A DNA stretch of 64,000 nucleotides from Mobula birostris (lineage: Eukaryota): the NCBI RefSeq assembly GCF_030028105.1, contig NC_092374.1:171516432-171580431 (forward strand). The letters run 5' to 3'. The notes under the pieces are model-generated. The model was given only the letters and a program-made list of their open reading frames with translations, had not been told where the DNA came from and ran no database searches. Positions 62,950 to 64,000 of this stretch are shown here, piece by piece. A program made the translations under genes and the position numbers. How positions within the stretch are numbered: the stretch's first letter is position 1; every line of letters starts with the position of its first letter.

Positions 62950-63525
62950 AGGGGTGGAGCTTGCACACTCTCCCTCTGTGTGTTTACCCCAGGTGCTCTG
63001 GTGCCCTCCCATATCCCAAACTCATGGGTTAACTGGCCACAGTAAGTCGCCTCCAGTGGGGGGGTTGAATCTGGGTTGGGGGGGGGGAGTTGATGGGAAC
63101 GTTGGGCGCTATGGTAGCATAGCAGTTAGCATGATGCCATTACAGCTCGTGGCACCAGAGTTCAGAGTTCAATGCCAATGTCACCTGAAAGGAGTCTGTT
63201 CATCCTCCCCGCAGAATACGTGGGTTTTCTTCAGGTGCTCAGCTTCCCTCTCATAGTCCAAAGATACAGCAGTTGGTAGGTTAATTAGCCATTGTAAGTT
63301 GTCCTGTGATAGGGCCCGGGTTAAATCGAGGGTAGCTGCACTGGCACAGCTTAGCGGGCCAGAAGGGCCAACTCTGCTTTGTATTTTTAACTAACTAACT
63401 AATTAAATAAATAAACAAACAAAATAAATAGATAGATAGATGCAATTAGTGCAGGTGTAAATGGGTGCCTGATGCTTAGCACAGACTTAACAGGCTGAAG
63501 GGCCAGTTTTAATCCGTATGATTGT
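62950..63525 (+). mobile_element. Nested V-SINEs with microsatellite tail (63389-63441)
   Basis: A second SINE head at ~63105 lies inside the first; V-domain motifs. Confidence 0.75.
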
Positions 63526-63552
63526 GGAGGCTCAGGCAGAGTGCATTCCATA

Positions 63553-64000
63553 AACCCAGAAGACATAGGAGCAGAATTAGGCCATTCAGTCCATTGGGGC
63601 TACTCCATCACTCGATCATGGCTGATTTATTTTCCCTCTCAACGCATTCTCCTGCCTTCTCCCTGTAACTATTGAGGCCTTTATGACTTACAAAACTATC
63701 AACTTCTGCTCTGTATACTCAATAACTTGGCCGCCACAGCCATCCCTGGCGATGAATTCCAGAGATTCACACTGTACCTTCTGGCTAAATAAATTCCTCT
63801 TTATCTCTGTTGTAAGGGACGTACCATCTGGTACTAGACTCTCCAATTACTGGAAACCTCCTCTCCATTTCCATTTACCAGACCTTTCAATATTCGGTAG
63901 GTTTCAATGAGCTCCTCCCTCATTCTTCTAAATGAGTACTGACCAAGGCTTGAAATGCTCCTGATATGTTAACCCTTTCATTCCCGGGTTCATTTTTGTA
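63553..64000 (-). mobile_element. CR1 3' end running off the window
   Basis: cataggagcagaattaggccattc 3' UTR followed by RT C-terminal sequence. Confidence 0.85.

Overview
Repeat-dominated vertebrate nuclear DNA, most likely from a cartilaginous fish (ray/skate-type repeats; this is an inference from repeat families). I recognise no host protein-coding gene, and nearly all ORFs in the track are transposon fragments or chance frames, so the window reads as a large intron or intergenic region. Content: many CR1 LINEs (one almost intact at 45278-47347), Rex1/Babar LINE pieces, Tc1 elements, V-SINE/HE1-like and other tRNA SINEs, L2/DeuSINE relics, a deleted chromodomain-integrase Gypsy element, two solo LTRs with TSDs, a hAT MITE and a 39-bp minisatellite. 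The most notable signal is a family of at least 12 Penelope-like (GIY-YIG) derived inserts carrying minimal type I hammerhead ribozyme motifs. It includes a 98-bp, TSD-flanked, ribozyme-only insertion with an intact core, a recurrent A6C core variant, and fold-back forms with an asymmetric ~35-nt tail. A few unique islands hold low-confidence exon or enhancer candidates. Family assignments come from remembered motifs, not database searches, and boundaries of old repeats are approximate.
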